From a virus, in IMG/VR virus record IMGVR_UViG_3300037440_000222: 64,000 nt of DNA, one strand, 5' to 3'. Below, one piece after another: positions 1 to 8,238 of this stretch. The translations under genes were made by a program, and so were the position numbers. Positions within the stretch are counted from its first letter, which is position 1. Each line of letters starts with the position of its first letter. The notes under the pieces were generated by a model, which was given only the letters and a program-made list of their open reading frames with translations, was not told the DNA's origin and made no database searches.

Positions 1-714
1 ACCTGCATCGTCTGACGCTTGCTCATCTGGTATATAAATCATCAATGACGCGGTATGTAACCAATCCTTGACTTTCCCAACATCTTCATCTGACAAAATA
101 TCCTCATACTCCCGAAACGGAAATGGGTCTAGGCTATAATCGTCCATTAGCTTATACGTTACATCAAACGAGTTGAATTTCACCAATTCCTCATTCGCAT
201 CATGCCCCTCATCGCACACTACCACGCCGCCACGTTGCTTTATCATCCCTGACAACGCGGCATATCTATAAGTACACGCAGTCCTATCTGCCGCCGCTGC
301 CTGACTCTTAGCGTTCAAATACGGACACGCTTCTGCAACGGGACAATTGTGCATCGGAACAAAGTGACAGTCCGCAGCGGTCGGTTCGCGCCCATAATCA
401 CGTTTCCATTGGATAACTTTTTGGGATAATACGCATGGATATTCTTGCCGTCCCTTGACGATGGTGAATTTATATTTCTTTTCGTATTGGTCTAGTAAAC
501 CTAATGTATGACACAAGACTAATACACGGCTATCTTTGCCGAGTGCAGTCCCAATTGCGGATTTTCCAGAACCAGTATTTAGCTCTAGGAAAATAGTCGC
601 ATCTGTCTGACTTTCCTTAACGTCAAGAATATCCTGCAACGCCTTCTGCTGATTAGGTCGCCACTCGTCATGCTCAACGCCAAACTTGCGCGGGGATGGA
701 AACTGGTCAGGCAT
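1..714 (-). CDS. DinG/XPD(Rad3)-like SF2 helicase, N-terminal part (gene runs off the left edge)
   Basis: Own translation of the minus strand from ATG 714..712: MPDQFPSPRKFGVEHDEWRPNQQKAL...ELNTGSGKSAIG (Walker A)...GGVVVCDEGHDA (DExH box). A Cys cluster lies between them (YPCVL, ADCHFVPMHNCPVAEACPYL, TACTY), as in Fe-S helicases. The frame stays open to nt 1. The start overlaps the upstream stop (ATGCCTGA). Not in the ORF track because it is truncated. Confidence 0.6.
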   Translation of the reverse strand, partial: MPDQFPSPRKFGVEHDEWRPNQQKALQDILDVKESQTDATIFLELNTGSGKSAIGTALGKDSRVLVLCHTLGLLDQYEKKYKFTIVKGRQEYPCVLSQKVIQWKRDYGREPTAADCHFVPMHNCPVAEACPYLNAKSQAAAADRTACTYRYAALSGMIKQRGGVVVCDEGHDANEELVKFNSFDVTYKLMDDYSLDPFPFREYEDILSDEDVGKVKDWLHTASLMIYIPDEQASDDAG

Positions 715-1243
715 GTTTTTCAACAAATTCTTCTGGTGTCATGTTGAACATAGCAAAAAACTTCTCAACATTTTCTTGTCCAATTTCGTTCGCAAGCGCA
801 TCTAAATCGAAAACAAGTTTATCTTCGGGAAACATTTTAGTATATTCAATAAACTTTTCTAATGCAAATAAATATTGTTTTAATGAAAGTTTTCCTTTTC
901 CCGATATTCCTTTCAATATTTGTTCACACTCTAATCGCTTAATTTGCTTATTGGTTAGCAACTTACTCATCCGATACCCACGCTTATAAACGGTAATAAT
1001 AACGTCCTCCCCAAATATCTGACGCAATCGTGAGATAGCATTCTGCACCTTGTAACGAATATGCTTTTGTGAAATCTCTCTCTCACCATTCCCCCAAGTT
1101 TCAACCGCAATCTCTCTAAGACTCTTAACGCGATATGGGTCAGTTGTTAAATAGTTCCAGACCGATTGTAAATGCGGAGTGAACGAAACACCGTTAATTA
1201 TCGGATGAGTATATCGATTCGCCATCGTCATCGTTTTCAACAA
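707..1243 (-). CDS. winged-helix (OmpR/PhoB trans_reg_C-like) DNA-binding protein
   Basis: FTPHLQSVWNYLTTDPYRVKSLREIAVETWGNGEREISQKHIRYKVQNAISRLRQIFGEDVIITVYKRGYRM follows the OmpR-type wHTH pattern (W...vdvhI..LR.kl...I.Tv.g.GY.l). The track start is TTG; ATG at 1234 is an alternative. Confidence 0.6.
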   Translation of the reverse strand: MLKTMTMANRYTHPIINGVSFTPHLQSVWNYLTTDPYRVKSLREIAVETWGNGEREISQKHIRYKVQNAISRLRQIFGEDVIITVYKRGYRMSKLLTNKQIKRLECEQILKGISGKGKLSLKQYLFALEKFIEYTKMFPEDKLVFDLDALANEIGQENVEKFFAMFNMTPEEFVEKHA

Positions 1244-1472
1244 TCGCAGTAATTATCTCAACATCACTTTCTGGAACAATCAACAACGCTTGCAACGGTT
1301 CTAGGATAGAACGTGGCAGTTCCAGTTTTAGATGAATTACTGGCGCACCAATAGGGGTAGTTGGTCTGTTTACTGTAGCCTTACTCACCCGCGCACCAGT
1401 TACTTTTTTCCCTCTATATCCAAATGTAGGTTCAAGCGTCAGATAACAACTTGTTTTGATAATGTCAGTCAT
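1194..1472 (-). CDS. hypothetical protein, acidic C-terminus
   Basis: ORF track. Sits in a tightly packed minus-strand operon, 1 nt from the upstream stop. Confidence 0.45.
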   Translation of the reverse strand: MTDIIKTSCYLTLEPTFGYRGKKVTGARVSKATVNRPTTPIGAPVIHLKLELPRSILEPLQALLIVPESDVEIITAIVENDDDGESIYSSDN

Positions 1473-1473
1473 A

Positions 1474-2268
1474 TTACACTCCTATTGATGGAAATTCCCG
1501 AATACCCCATTCTTTCGGTAACTCACTCAAATCCCCGCCCTTCTTATCCAAACACCCTAATTCCCTCGCTAACACCGACCCTGTTTGTTTGAAGAAATAG
1601 GGAACGCCAGCGTCTTGACATTGTTTACGGTGACTATCTATCCATTCTGGACTCATTCGTCTAACATCGAATCCGCTTTCACCGCCGTCAATCCACCATA
1701 CTTGTTTACCCAATGATAAAAACGAAACAGGAATATCAATTTGACCCAATAACGGTTCGGCAGAAACGAACACTATAGAAAATAACTGAGCAACAGGTTC
1801 TACAGTTAACCAGCGTTTATCGAACCATTCCTGATTTTCTGCGCTAAATCCAAACCAGATATTCTGAGGTATTGCGCTCATCCACCGTTCTGCTATAAAC
1901 CTAATCAAGTTCTCAGGTCTTTTCGTTAACAATAACCAGCGTAAGTTAGGAGTTTGCTCAATTAGGTCAAACGTTTTCTGACGTGGTTCGACCCAATCCT
2001 CATGTTCTTCTCCTATATCTGCCATTGATGCGCAGAACACCTTATGAACCTCACCTACTTGATTGGCACGTTCATTCCATACTAACGGCTTATTCCAATA
2101 TTTCTCACCAAATTGACGACGGTTACTATCCACTCCCCATATATCTTTCCCGAACCGTTTGCTCAGACCTTCGGCATAACAATGTTTACAGCCTGGGGAA
2201 ATCTTGATACAACCCCAAACTGGATTAAATGTATGGTCAGTCCATTGAATTTTGCTATTTTGACCCAT
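1474..2268 (-). CDS. phage Gp37/Gp68 family protein (DUF5131)
   Basis: The N-terminus KIQWTDHTFNPVWGCIKISPGCKHCYAE is the family signature (IEWTD.TWNP..GC...S.GC..CYA). Length is about 260 aa. Confidence 0.85.
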   Translation of the reverse strand: MGQNSKIQWTDHTFNPVWGCIKISPGCKHCYAEGLSKRFGKDIWGVDSNRRQFGEKYWNKPLVWNERANQVGEVHKVFCASMADIGEEHEDWVEPRQKTFDLIEQTPNLRWLLLTKRPENLIRFIAERWMSAIPQNIWFGFSAENQEWFDKRWLTVEPVAQLFSIVFVSAEPLLGQIDIPVSFLSLGKQVWWIDGGESGFDVRRMSPEWIDSHRKQCQDAGVPYFFKQTGSVLARELGCLDKKGGDLSELPKEWGIREFPSIGV

Positions 2269-2269
2269 A

Positions 2270-2482
2270 TCAGTTACTCACTTCGTTTATGGCGCGTTCA
2301 AGTTCTTTTTGACTAAGAGCATTCAGCAAGTCAACTAAAACCCAAGTGCCAATGTACGCTTTACATTCCTTGTCTTCGCAACGAAAACCCGACAACCTAT
2401 CGTTCTGTTCATAAGTTGTCCAATGCTCTTTCCATATATGTTTATGATTTTTTATGAAGTTAGCCACAACAACCTCTTTCAA
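2270..2482 (-). CDS. hypothetical small protein (TTG start in track)
   Basis: ORF track. Abuts the downstream gene and has a sigma70-like promoter just upstream. Confidence 0.4.
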   Translation of the reverse strand: MKEVVVANFIKNHKHIWKEHWTTYEQNDRLSGFRCEDKECKAYIGTWVLVDLLNALSQKELERAINEVSN

Positions 2483-2498
2483 CTAAACCACTATTTAC

Positions 2499-2527
2499 AT
2501 TATACTCGCAAACGCACTTTTACACAA
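2499..2527 (-). promoter_or_regulatory. sigma70-like promoter (TTGTGT-17-TATAAT)
   Basis: Minus-strand reading is TTGTGTaaaagtgcgtttgcgagTATAAT. It is followed by the AAATAGTGGTTT box shared with other promoters in the window. Confidence 0.45.
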
Positions 2528-2591
2528 CCCCCTTCCCCTTATTCAATTGACTTACCTACTTCTACCGTCTATATAACGGTTTTTTGACCAA

Positions 2592-3449
2592 TTACACAGG
2601 TACAGGCGAAGTCGCTAACCCTTCTATACGATTTTGTGTAACAATTCTTCGGGAATCTTTCGTATATAACGAGTTCTTTTTCCAGTTTATTTTGCTAGGA
2701 ATGACCTTCAATTTGCGTACCGACTGCATCACTTGATGTCCATTTTCTTTCAATCTTCGTGAAACAATGTCAGTAAGTTTCCAAAGCGCCTGCTCAACCT
2801 CTTCGGGAGTCTTGGGGTCAAGGTCTTCAGTTTCTTGAATTGCGCTTTGCATCGTACCGATTACTTCTTTTTTGTCTGCACTTGTTGAAAATTCTGGTAC
2901 GTTGATTGTTGTACCTTCCTCTTTCTTTTCGCCAACCAACGATTTCTTTTTTGTTAATTGACCAGATACCGCACGTCCCTCTGGCGTATTTGTGTATTCG
3001 CGCCAATCCATATTTGATACGTCCTGCGACTTTAGAATTGCATATCTAAAATTGCTATCACGTATGTCCCTTACCGCATCAAGATTGACGAGAATTTCAT
3101 TACCATTTTCGTTAGGAAACTGCATGTAGCTATCTGCTGCAATTCCATGTTTTGTTCGGAAGTTCTCAAAATCTTCCTCTAAGTTTGTTACTCGTGCTAT
3201 CTTGATGCCTGATGAAATCGCGTTCTGGATTTCTGCTTTGAATGCTTCTGCACGTTTGTGTCCGCACCGCTTACAAATGCGGAACATGCCACATTCGTAT
3301 GTGTAAAATACAATATCTTTGGTATGGTGGTCAAACCTGTACTTCATCTTTCCACATTCCCCAAGACGATACTTGCGTTTTTCTTCCTCATCATCAAGGT
3401 CTGACTGTGCTTGATATGCTAATATTTCTTCCAGCGTCTCGTTAGTCAT
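2592..3449 (-). CDS. hypothetical protein with N-terminal Cys4 zinc-ribbon-like motif
   Basis: ORF track. Cys pairs at GECGKMKY...YECGMFRICKRCGHKR. RBS GGAGAG lies before the ATG. The 3' end contains one copy of the TATATACGAAAGATTCC box. Confidence 0.6.
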   Translation of the reverse strand: MTNETLEEILAYQAQSDLDDEEEKRKYRLGECGKMKYRFDHHTKDIVFYTYECGMFRICKRCGHKRAEAFKAEIQNAISSGIKIARVTNLEEDFENFRTKHGIAADSYMQFPNENGNEILVNLDAVRDIRDSNFRYAILKSQDVSNMDWREYTNTPEGRAVSGQLTKKKSLVGEKKEEGTTINVPEFSTSADKKEVIGTMQSAIQETEDLDPKTPEEVEQALWKLTDIVSRRLKENGHQVMQSVRKLKVIPSKINWKKNSLYTKDSRRIVTQNRIEGLATSPVPV

Positions 3450-3564
3450 TTTTCTCTCCGGCTATGGGTATATATTTACCAGTTTATTTGGCGCATTGGT
3501 GGTAAATCCGAGTACATTGATTTTAGTCGCGTCTGACATCGTTCTCTCCATTTTTAGATAGTTA

Positions 3565-3734
3565 ACAAACAAGTCCACTTTACTAGAGCTTCTGGCTTTT
3601 GGATTCACCTAGCCGTTGCAGATACACCGCTTAAACAACAGTTAGGTAAGTTGCCAAAAGCCCTAGTAAAATGGACTTTAGGGAATTGCGGTGTATCTTA
3701 TGTTAAAGTCTTGTGAGTCGAATCCGTAACTCAC
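3565..3734 (-). ncRNA. promoter-driven structured RNA (rod-like hairpin plus 11-nt loop pseudoknot); sRNA or 5' leader of 2592..3449
   Basis: Long interrupted stem 3571-3602/3654-3678 and inner stem 3608-3618/3636-3646. Apical loop segment 3620-3630 is perfectly complementary to 3688-3698. The single arm mismatch is C.A on plus but G.U on minus. A consensus promoter sits at 3741-3768, and GUUUGUU follows the rod. Confidence 0.45.
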
Positions 3735-3740
3735 GCGCTC

Positions 3741-3768
3741 ATTTTACCATATGTAAAAGTTCTGTCAA
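3741..3768 (-). promoter_or_regulatory. sigma70 promoter (TTGACA-16-TAAAAT)
   Basis: Minus-strand reading is cccTTGACAgaacttttacatatggTAAAATgag. Confidence 0.65.
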
Positions 3769-3776
3769 GGGTTATC

Positions 3777-4550
3777 TTATCGACGTGCAATCCACACACG
3801 GATAACTTGAATAGCAACGCCTGATGCGCCTACTAATATTAGGATGAGTATCAACGTATTCAACCGTTGCAATTGTGTAGTTAACTCACTCACATCAAGC
3901 GGGTTCACAACTTCAACCACCGTCTCAGACTGACAACCGCAACACATCTCACACCCACAAGAACTGGATTCGGGTGTGATGGTCGCGGTCGGTAATTCAC
4001 AGACGTAACCAGTTGCGGTCGGGGTTGGCGATTGATGAACAAATGTACAATTTATCAGACAACCTTCATCAGTTGCAGTCGGTGTTTTAGTCGGTCTATG
4101 TGTGTTAGTTGCGGTGGGTGTGCTGGTTGGCGTGTCAGTCGGAGTATTTGTATTCGTTGGGGTTGCGGTGTCGGTTGGAGTAGAAGTTGGGGTATCGACT
4201 GGTGTATTCGTCGGAGTCGGTGTATCAACCACTTCCCCAAATTCCAACTCAATGTGCGAAATCTCTTTGCACTCACTAGACTCAATAACGCGGTCAATGA
4301 CAACGCTATCGCCATCAAACACAACTTCGTAACACTCATTCTCGCTCTCAGGATAGACGTAGCAAGCATCGCCAGCTTTGACACCGACGTGAGTAATTTC
4401 TTCACCGTTGGGGGAAGTATATTCGTAATGTTCTGCTGAATTGTCTATCTTGTGGTCATAGGGAAAACAATGATAATTTTCCTGATTGTTAGCTGCGATG
4501 AAAAGTGGTGATAATATGGCTAAAAGAACGAGCGCGATTTTTGCTTTCAC
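3777..4550 (-). CDS. secreted/membrane-anchored Cys-rich protein with Thr/Pro-rich repeat linker
   Basis: ORF track 3777..4610 (TTG start, would abut the tRNA). GTG at 4550 with GAGG 8 nt upstream gives the signal-like N-terminus [22 protein letters not shown]. Repeat [42 protein letters not shown]-terminal TM segment [18 protein letters not shown]. Confidence 0.65.
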   Translation of the reverse strand: MKAKIALVLLAILSPLFIAANNQENYHCFPYDHKIDNSAEHYEYTSPNGEEITHVGVKAGDACYVYPESENECYEVVFDGDSVVIDRVIESSECKEISHIELEFGEVVDTPTPTNTPVDTPTSTPTDTATPTNTNTPTDTPTSTPTATNTHRPTKTPTATDEGCLINCTFVHQSPTPTATGYVCELPTATITPESSSCGCEMCCGCQSETVVEVVNPLDVSELTTQLQRLNTLILILILVGASGVAIQVIRVWIARR

Positions 4551-4611
4551 GTATCTACCTCTAGGTTTTAGATTGGGATTGATTGTAGCATAATGTGACC
4601 TAAAAATCAAG

Positions 4612-4682
4612 CTGCGGTGGATGGACTCGAACCATCGTTTTGAAATTCAAAGTTTCACGTCCTACCATTAGACGACACCGCA
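4612..4682 (-). tRNA. tRNA-Gln (anticodon TTG)
   Basis: Hand-folded cloverleaf: acceptor TGCGGTG/CACCGCA (U1:A72), D arm GTCT-AATGGTA-GGAC, anticodon arm TGAAA-CTTTGAA-TTTCA, T arm GATGG-TTCGAGT-CCATC. Confidence 0.85.
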
Positions 4683-4695
4683 ATTTGCAGTCAAG

Positions 4696-5466
4696 TTATT
4701 TGCTATAAAATTCAATCAGATATTCTGGAACAATGATTAAGTCTGAGACATGCAAGGCATACAGTTCGGCATATAATTCCGAATATCCGCCCCACGTTTG
4801 TCCAAAATACTTGTCGTTTGGTGAACTCCCAACACCAGGAAAAATAGTCACGTATGAACTAAGAGTCGGTGAGCATCCGAGTTCATGTATATTTGACCAA
4901 TCCTTTGAGCAACTGGCAATAGCGTTCCTGAACTCCAGCGTCTTAGAAGGCCAGCCTAAAGTGCTATCAATGTGATGTCCTATTTCATGTAGGCATGAAT
5001 ATTCATCGGTACACCATATTAAACCGTTGCCACCGCCTATAGGAGTGTAAAAACCGCTCCATTGGGACAGCCAGATTAGAAGCCCTACTGTGAACGTGGC
5101 AAAAAGTGGTATTAGGAATAACTTTTTGTTGGAATATTTCTTTATATTTAATTGATTAATAATATTGTCTAAAAAATTTTCATAATCATCTAATTTTATA
5201 TGTGCTCTCTCAACATAGCCACTGTCATTGTTTGGGGTTACATCATATACAAATATTCTTTCTGACTTATTATTATCTTTAGTTTTAAATTCCTCTCCTT
5301 CTCCTATCCATAATCCCATCATTTCCCCATCTTTTTTATTTTTCTTATTATAAAGGAGTGCTTTATCATCGGTAATACCTGTTCTTGGAAATATTATTTT
5401 ATTAATTTTATCGAAGATAATATATGCCATTAAACTTTCTATTATAAAAGATAATAAATCAGACAT
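4696..5466 (-). CDS. membrane-associated HExxH zinc-metallopeptidase-like protein (paralog of 18763..19149)
   Basis: WCTDEYSCLHEIGHHID...WGGYSELYAELYAL aligns with WCSDEFSCLHEVGHFVD...WGGYRELYAELYAL of the 128-aa ORF. A hydrophobic segment lies before the motif. Confidence 0.6.
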   Translation of the reverse strand: MSDLLSFIIESLMAYIIFDKINKIIFPRTGITDDKALLYNKKNKKDGEMMGLWIGEGEEFKTKDNNKSERIFVYDVTPNNDSGYVERAHIKLDDYENFLDNIINQLNIKKYSNKKLFLIPLFATFTVGLLIWLSQWSGFYTPIGGGNGLIWCTDEYSCLHEIGHHIDSTLGWPSKTLEFRNAIASCSKDWSNIHELGCSPTLSSYVTIFPGVGSSPNDKYFGQTWGGYSELYAELYALHVSDLIIVPEYLIEFYSK

Positions 5467-5652
5467 TTCATAATCCTTGTATCAATATAATTGCAATTTG
5501 CAGTCGACTTGCAACCTCACGCTTACAAATGAACAATACTTCTGAGGAGAAGTAGAAACTAGCCGTCAAGCTATATTCCCTTTACTAACGTTGCGTAAAT
5601 TCCCAAGTGCGACTGCACCCGAAAAACTCTAGTTTTTCTAGTAAATCGGTAG

Positions 5653-5725
5653 GGTGAACGGTGGGAGTCGAACCCACAATCATCGCATTCACAGTGCGAT
5701 GCTCTACCATTGAGCTACGTCCACC
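5653..5725 (-). tRNA. tRNA-His (anticodon GTG) with encoded G-1
   Basis: Acceptor GTGGACG/CGTTCAC preceded by G-1 and followed by C73 (the bacterial His identity pair). Anticodon arm TCGCA-CTGTGAA-TGCGA. T arm GTGGG-TTCGACT-CCCAC. Confidence 0.85.
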
Positions 5726-5728
5726 ATG

Positions 5729-5947
5729 TTACTTTTCTTCAACCGTCACCACCAACTTCGCGTTATCCAATTCTGTCCCTTCAATCTCCAACTTGACATC
5801 TACATCATCCGCATCCACTTGCGCTTCAAACGCATTGACTGACTGTACGACAACAATGTCTAGTTTATCATCGTCAATGACTTGTCTAAGCGGTACTCGG
5901 TTGCGAAATGTCATGGGTAACTTTGGGTATCCTTTACGTTTGTTCAC
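5729..5947 (-). CDS. hypothetical small acidic protein
   Basis: ORF track. ATGA overlap with the upstream ORF. Confidence 0.5.
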   Translation of the reverse strand: MNKRKGYPKLPMTFRNRVPLRQVIDDDKLDIVVVQSVNAFEAQVDADDVDVKLEIEGTELDNAKLVVTVEEK

Positions 5948-6153
5948 CAGATTTTAGCAATAATCGCCTTACTCTCAGTCCTAAACTCACCTATTACTGC
6001 TTGCGGACTAACACTTAACGTCACACCGAATTTATCCTGCACAACGATGCTTTTCTCATCAATATGTCTAAACACGTAAGAGTCACCAACAATCACGTCT
6101 TTGTCAGAATTGAGCGCGTCCTCAAACTGTTTAGGTGTCATAAGGTCGGTCAT
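5944..6153 (-). CDS. hypothetical small protein
   Basis: ORF track. Translationally coupled to its neighbours. Confidence 0.5.
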   Translation of the reverse strand: MTDLMTPKQFEDALNSDKDVIVGDSYVFRHIDEKSIVVQDKFGVTLSVSPQAVIGEFRTESKAIIAKIW

Positions 6154-6155
6154 CG

Positions 6156-6365
6156 TTACTTTCTTTGGAACTTGAATTTATCGTGACCAAGATGATAATG
6201 TCCACAAAATCCGCATTTATAAACTGCAAGACGCTTATGTGCCTTATCCTTCTTTATCATTTTCTTCTTGACTTGCATCGCGTCTCTGCGGGTATGGTGT
6301 CGAACTTTACCTAAGCATCCCTTATCTAGTTGTCGTCGTTCACGCTCCCCTTGAATATCAGTCAT
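6156..6365 (-). CDS. small basic zinc-ribbon-like protein
   Basis: ORF track. C-terminal YKCGFCGHYHLGH. Confidence 0.5.
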   Translation of the reverse strand: MTDIQGERERRQLDKGCLGKVRHHTRRDAMQVKKKMIKKDKAHKRLAVYKCGFCGHYHLGHDKFKFQRK

Positions 6366-6382
6366 TTGTATCTTCCTAGATG

Positions 6383-6592
6383 CTAGTTTTCAGTTGCGTA
6401 TTGTCCTGTATATGGAAACGGGTTCTCATCGCACTTTATCTCGTGGAACACCTTTCCTTCAGTATCATCGCCGCAATACACGCATGTCTGACTAGTGGAT
6501 AGATTAGCAGGTTTAGGCGGCAGTTTGCTAGTCGAGTTGGGAGTGGGGTTGTTAGTCCCACTCCCGTTTTCGTTACCGTTCACAACTAGCAA
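6383..6592 (-). CDS. hypothetical small Cys-containing protein
   Basis: ORF track. Overlaps the upstream ORF end by 7 nt. Confidence 0.45.
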   Translation of the reverse strand: MLVVNGNENGSGTNNPTPNSTSKLPPKPANLSTSQTCVYCGDDTEGKVFHEIKCDENPFPYTGQYATEN

Positions 6593-7212
6593 CTAAGCGT
6601 CGGGTTCAGGTCAAAGAACTCGATATGAATGTTCCTGACGAAATAACCCGCGCCCCTCGGCCCGACCACGATGAACCAAATCGTTCCACCATCGCCTAAA
6701 ATCTCTTCATTGATGACGAAGAAGTGGTCGCCCCATTCGTATTGAATGCGGTTGCCGTTGTCATCCTCAAAAATATCCATGACCGGCTTACCGGCTTTGT
6801 TGTTGAACAGGACGTGGAACAAATTGGTCTTTGCACCATCTTCGCCGCGATGCGCAATCACTTCCGCAACGTTAGATGGAACAACGCATGTCGAAGTAGG
6901 CACAAGCGTTTCCGTTGGGGGAACTAGCGTTGCAGTCGCGGTTGGTTCAACTACAACCTCGGTCGCTGCCTCAGTTGATTCAGGCGCGTTCTGCGTCAAA
7001 AATGCATCCTGCGTCTGTTCGACCTGAGCCAGCAACGCATCGGCGGTCATCTGTGCAGAATTCACATCGTCTGCGAATTCAACTGCCCGACCGCCGAAGA
7101 AACCAGCGACCAGCGTGATAACGGTAGCAATCGTAGCAAGCACCCATCTGACAGTTTTGACAGGTAGTTGCAACGAAAAGCCACCTTTTCCTTTCTCGTT
7201 ACTCATAAACAT
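6586..7212 (-). CDS. membrane-anchored protein with Thr/Pro/Glu linker
   Basis: ORF track. N-terminal TM VRWVLATIATVITLVAGFFGG, then the low-complexity stretch PESTEAATEVVVEPTATATLVPPTETLVPTST. Confidence 0.55.
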   Translation of the reverse strand: MFMSNEKGKGGFSLQLPVKTVRWVLATIATVITLVAGFFGGRAVEFADDVNSAQMTADALLAQVEQTQDAFLTQNAPESTEAATEVVVEPTATATLVPPTETLVPTSTCVVPSNVAEVIAHRGEDGAKTNLFHVLFNNKAGKPVMDIFEDDNGNRIQYEWGDHFFVINEEILGDGGTIWFIVVGPRGAGYFVRNIHIEFFDLNPTLSC

Positions 7213-7314
7213 ATCTCCTTTGCAAAGTAGATAAAAGTTGATGGTGGTGTTGAGGTAGGGATGAATGTCCTAAGACCCTTCTGCGCCACACCACCATCGG
7301 GAAGGGGCGCATAG

Positions 7315-7386
7315 CTGTTCGGTCAGGACTCGAACCTGAAACCCATTGATTAACAATCAATTGCTCTACCATTGAGCTACCGAACA
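7315..7386 (-). tRNA. tRNA-Asn (anticodon GTT)
   Basis: Acceptor TGTTCGG/CCGAACA. Anticodon arm ATTGA-TTGTTAA-TCAAT. T arm TCAGG-TTCGAGT-CCTGA. Confidence 0.85.
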
Positions 7387-7387
7387 A

Positions 7388-7579
7388 TTATTTGATACCT
7401 TTGAATATAACTCTGGTCGGTTTCCACACGCGCACCAAATGTTCAAAGTGGTCACGCGACTTCTTACCGTCTATAATATTCAACACGGGACAATCTATCC
7501 TGTGGCGAAACTCGTTGCGCTTATGCACATCTTGTTCAACGCCACATTCAGGACAGCGATAGGTATATGTAGGTTTCAT
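7388..7579 (-). CDS. FmdB-like CxxC zinc-ribbon protein
   Basis: MKPTYTYRCPECGVEQDV... plus a second Cys region, resembling the YEY.C..CG N-terminus of FmdB-family proteins. Confidence 0.5.
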   Translation of the reverse strand: MKPTYTYRCPECGVEQDVHKRNEFRHRIDCPVLNIIDGKKSRDHFEHLVRVWKPTRVIFKGIK

Positions 7580-7677
7580 AGAAATATAAAGATAGTTACT
7601 AGAATAGCCACAACCAGCAATATACCACGAAACAGTAGTTTATAGAAGGATATGCAAATCTTATATTCATCGTGCAT
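7576..7677 (-). CDS. possible 33-aa membrane peptide
   Basis: Own translation MHDEYKICISFYKLLFRGILLVVAILVTIFIFL. ATGA overlap with the start of 7388..7579. Below the ORF-track size cutoff. Confidence 0.3.
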   Translation of the reverse strand: MHDEYKICISFYKLLFRGILLVVAILVTIFIFL

Positions 7678-7811
7678 AATGTTTTATCCAAAATCTGGTA
7701 GTCGGAAACTCACTTCTCACGGAGTGGCAGACCTTATCGTTTCCTACAGTTGTGTACATCAACCTGACCTTTACCTCTGCCTTGACCAGCATTGTTATTT
7801 GTCGTGCATAG

Positions 7812-7884
7812 AGTCTCTGGTGAGATTCGAACTCACGTCCTGCGGATTAGAACTCCGCTGCTCGTCCAGTTGAGCTACAGAGAC
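7812..7884 (-). tRNA. tRNA-Arg (anticodon TCT)
   Basis: Acceptor GTCTCTG/CAGAGAC. Anticodon arm GCGGA-GTTCTAA-TCCGC. T arm GTGAG-TTCGAAT-CTCAC. Confidence 0.85.
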
Positions 7885-8019
7885 AAGTAGGGGGGGGAAT
7901 GGTAACTTCCTCGTCCCCCCCCTTGACCAATTATTAGCTTGTCTCGGCTCGGTCATCTACCTTGACTATTTACACCGCAATTGTCAGAAGTGGACTGACA
8001 TCCACATTGCGGACGCTAG

Positions 8020-8092
8020 TACGTCGGGCATGACTCGAACATGCAACCTGCGGGATATAAGCCCGATGCTCTAACCGTTGAGCTACCGACGT
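8020..8092 (-). tRNA. tRNA-Ile (anticodon TAT)
   Basis: Acceptor ACGTCGG/CCGACGT. Anticodon arm TCGGG-CTTATAT-CCCGC (first pair mismatched). T arm GCATG-TTCGAGT-CATGC. Confidence 0.7.
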
Positions 8093-8100
8093 TTGTATCA

Positions 8101-8224
8101 GGTATTCAATAGATGGCGGTGCGTTATCCGTTTTTCAGCCTAATCCAGCCTCGGCATTGAAGTCGTCGCTTCCCTGACAGATAAACGCCTTACCGCTGGC
8201 TTGACCGCCACCTATTGAATATCC
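8101..8224 (-). ncRNA. structured spacer RNA H1 (17-19 bp closing stem around an ~85-nt core)
   Basis: ATTCAATAGGTGGCGGT pairs with ACCGCCATCTATTGAAT on the minus strand with one G.U. The same position is A.C on the plus strand. Lies inside the tRNA operon. Confidence 0.45.
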
Positions 8225-8238
8225 AATGTTAATGTTGT

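Noticed and set aside
4032-4439. Alternative-frame ORFs across the Thr/Pro repeat (4032..4439 +, 4055..4405 -, 4102..4332 +), and similarly 29970..30234 and 29986..30234 across the Ala-rich repeat.
   Set aside because: Low-complexity repeat DNA stays open in several frames. Only the frame with a signal peptide or RBS and operon context was kept.
4683-5515. Shared GACTGCAAATTGC motif upstream of tRNA-Gln (about 4685-4697) and upstream of 4696..5466 (about 5497-5510) as a promoter or processing signal.
   Set aside because: There are only two copies. The -10/-35 spacing around them is poor (19-nt spacer or weak hexamers). Not enough to call a feature.
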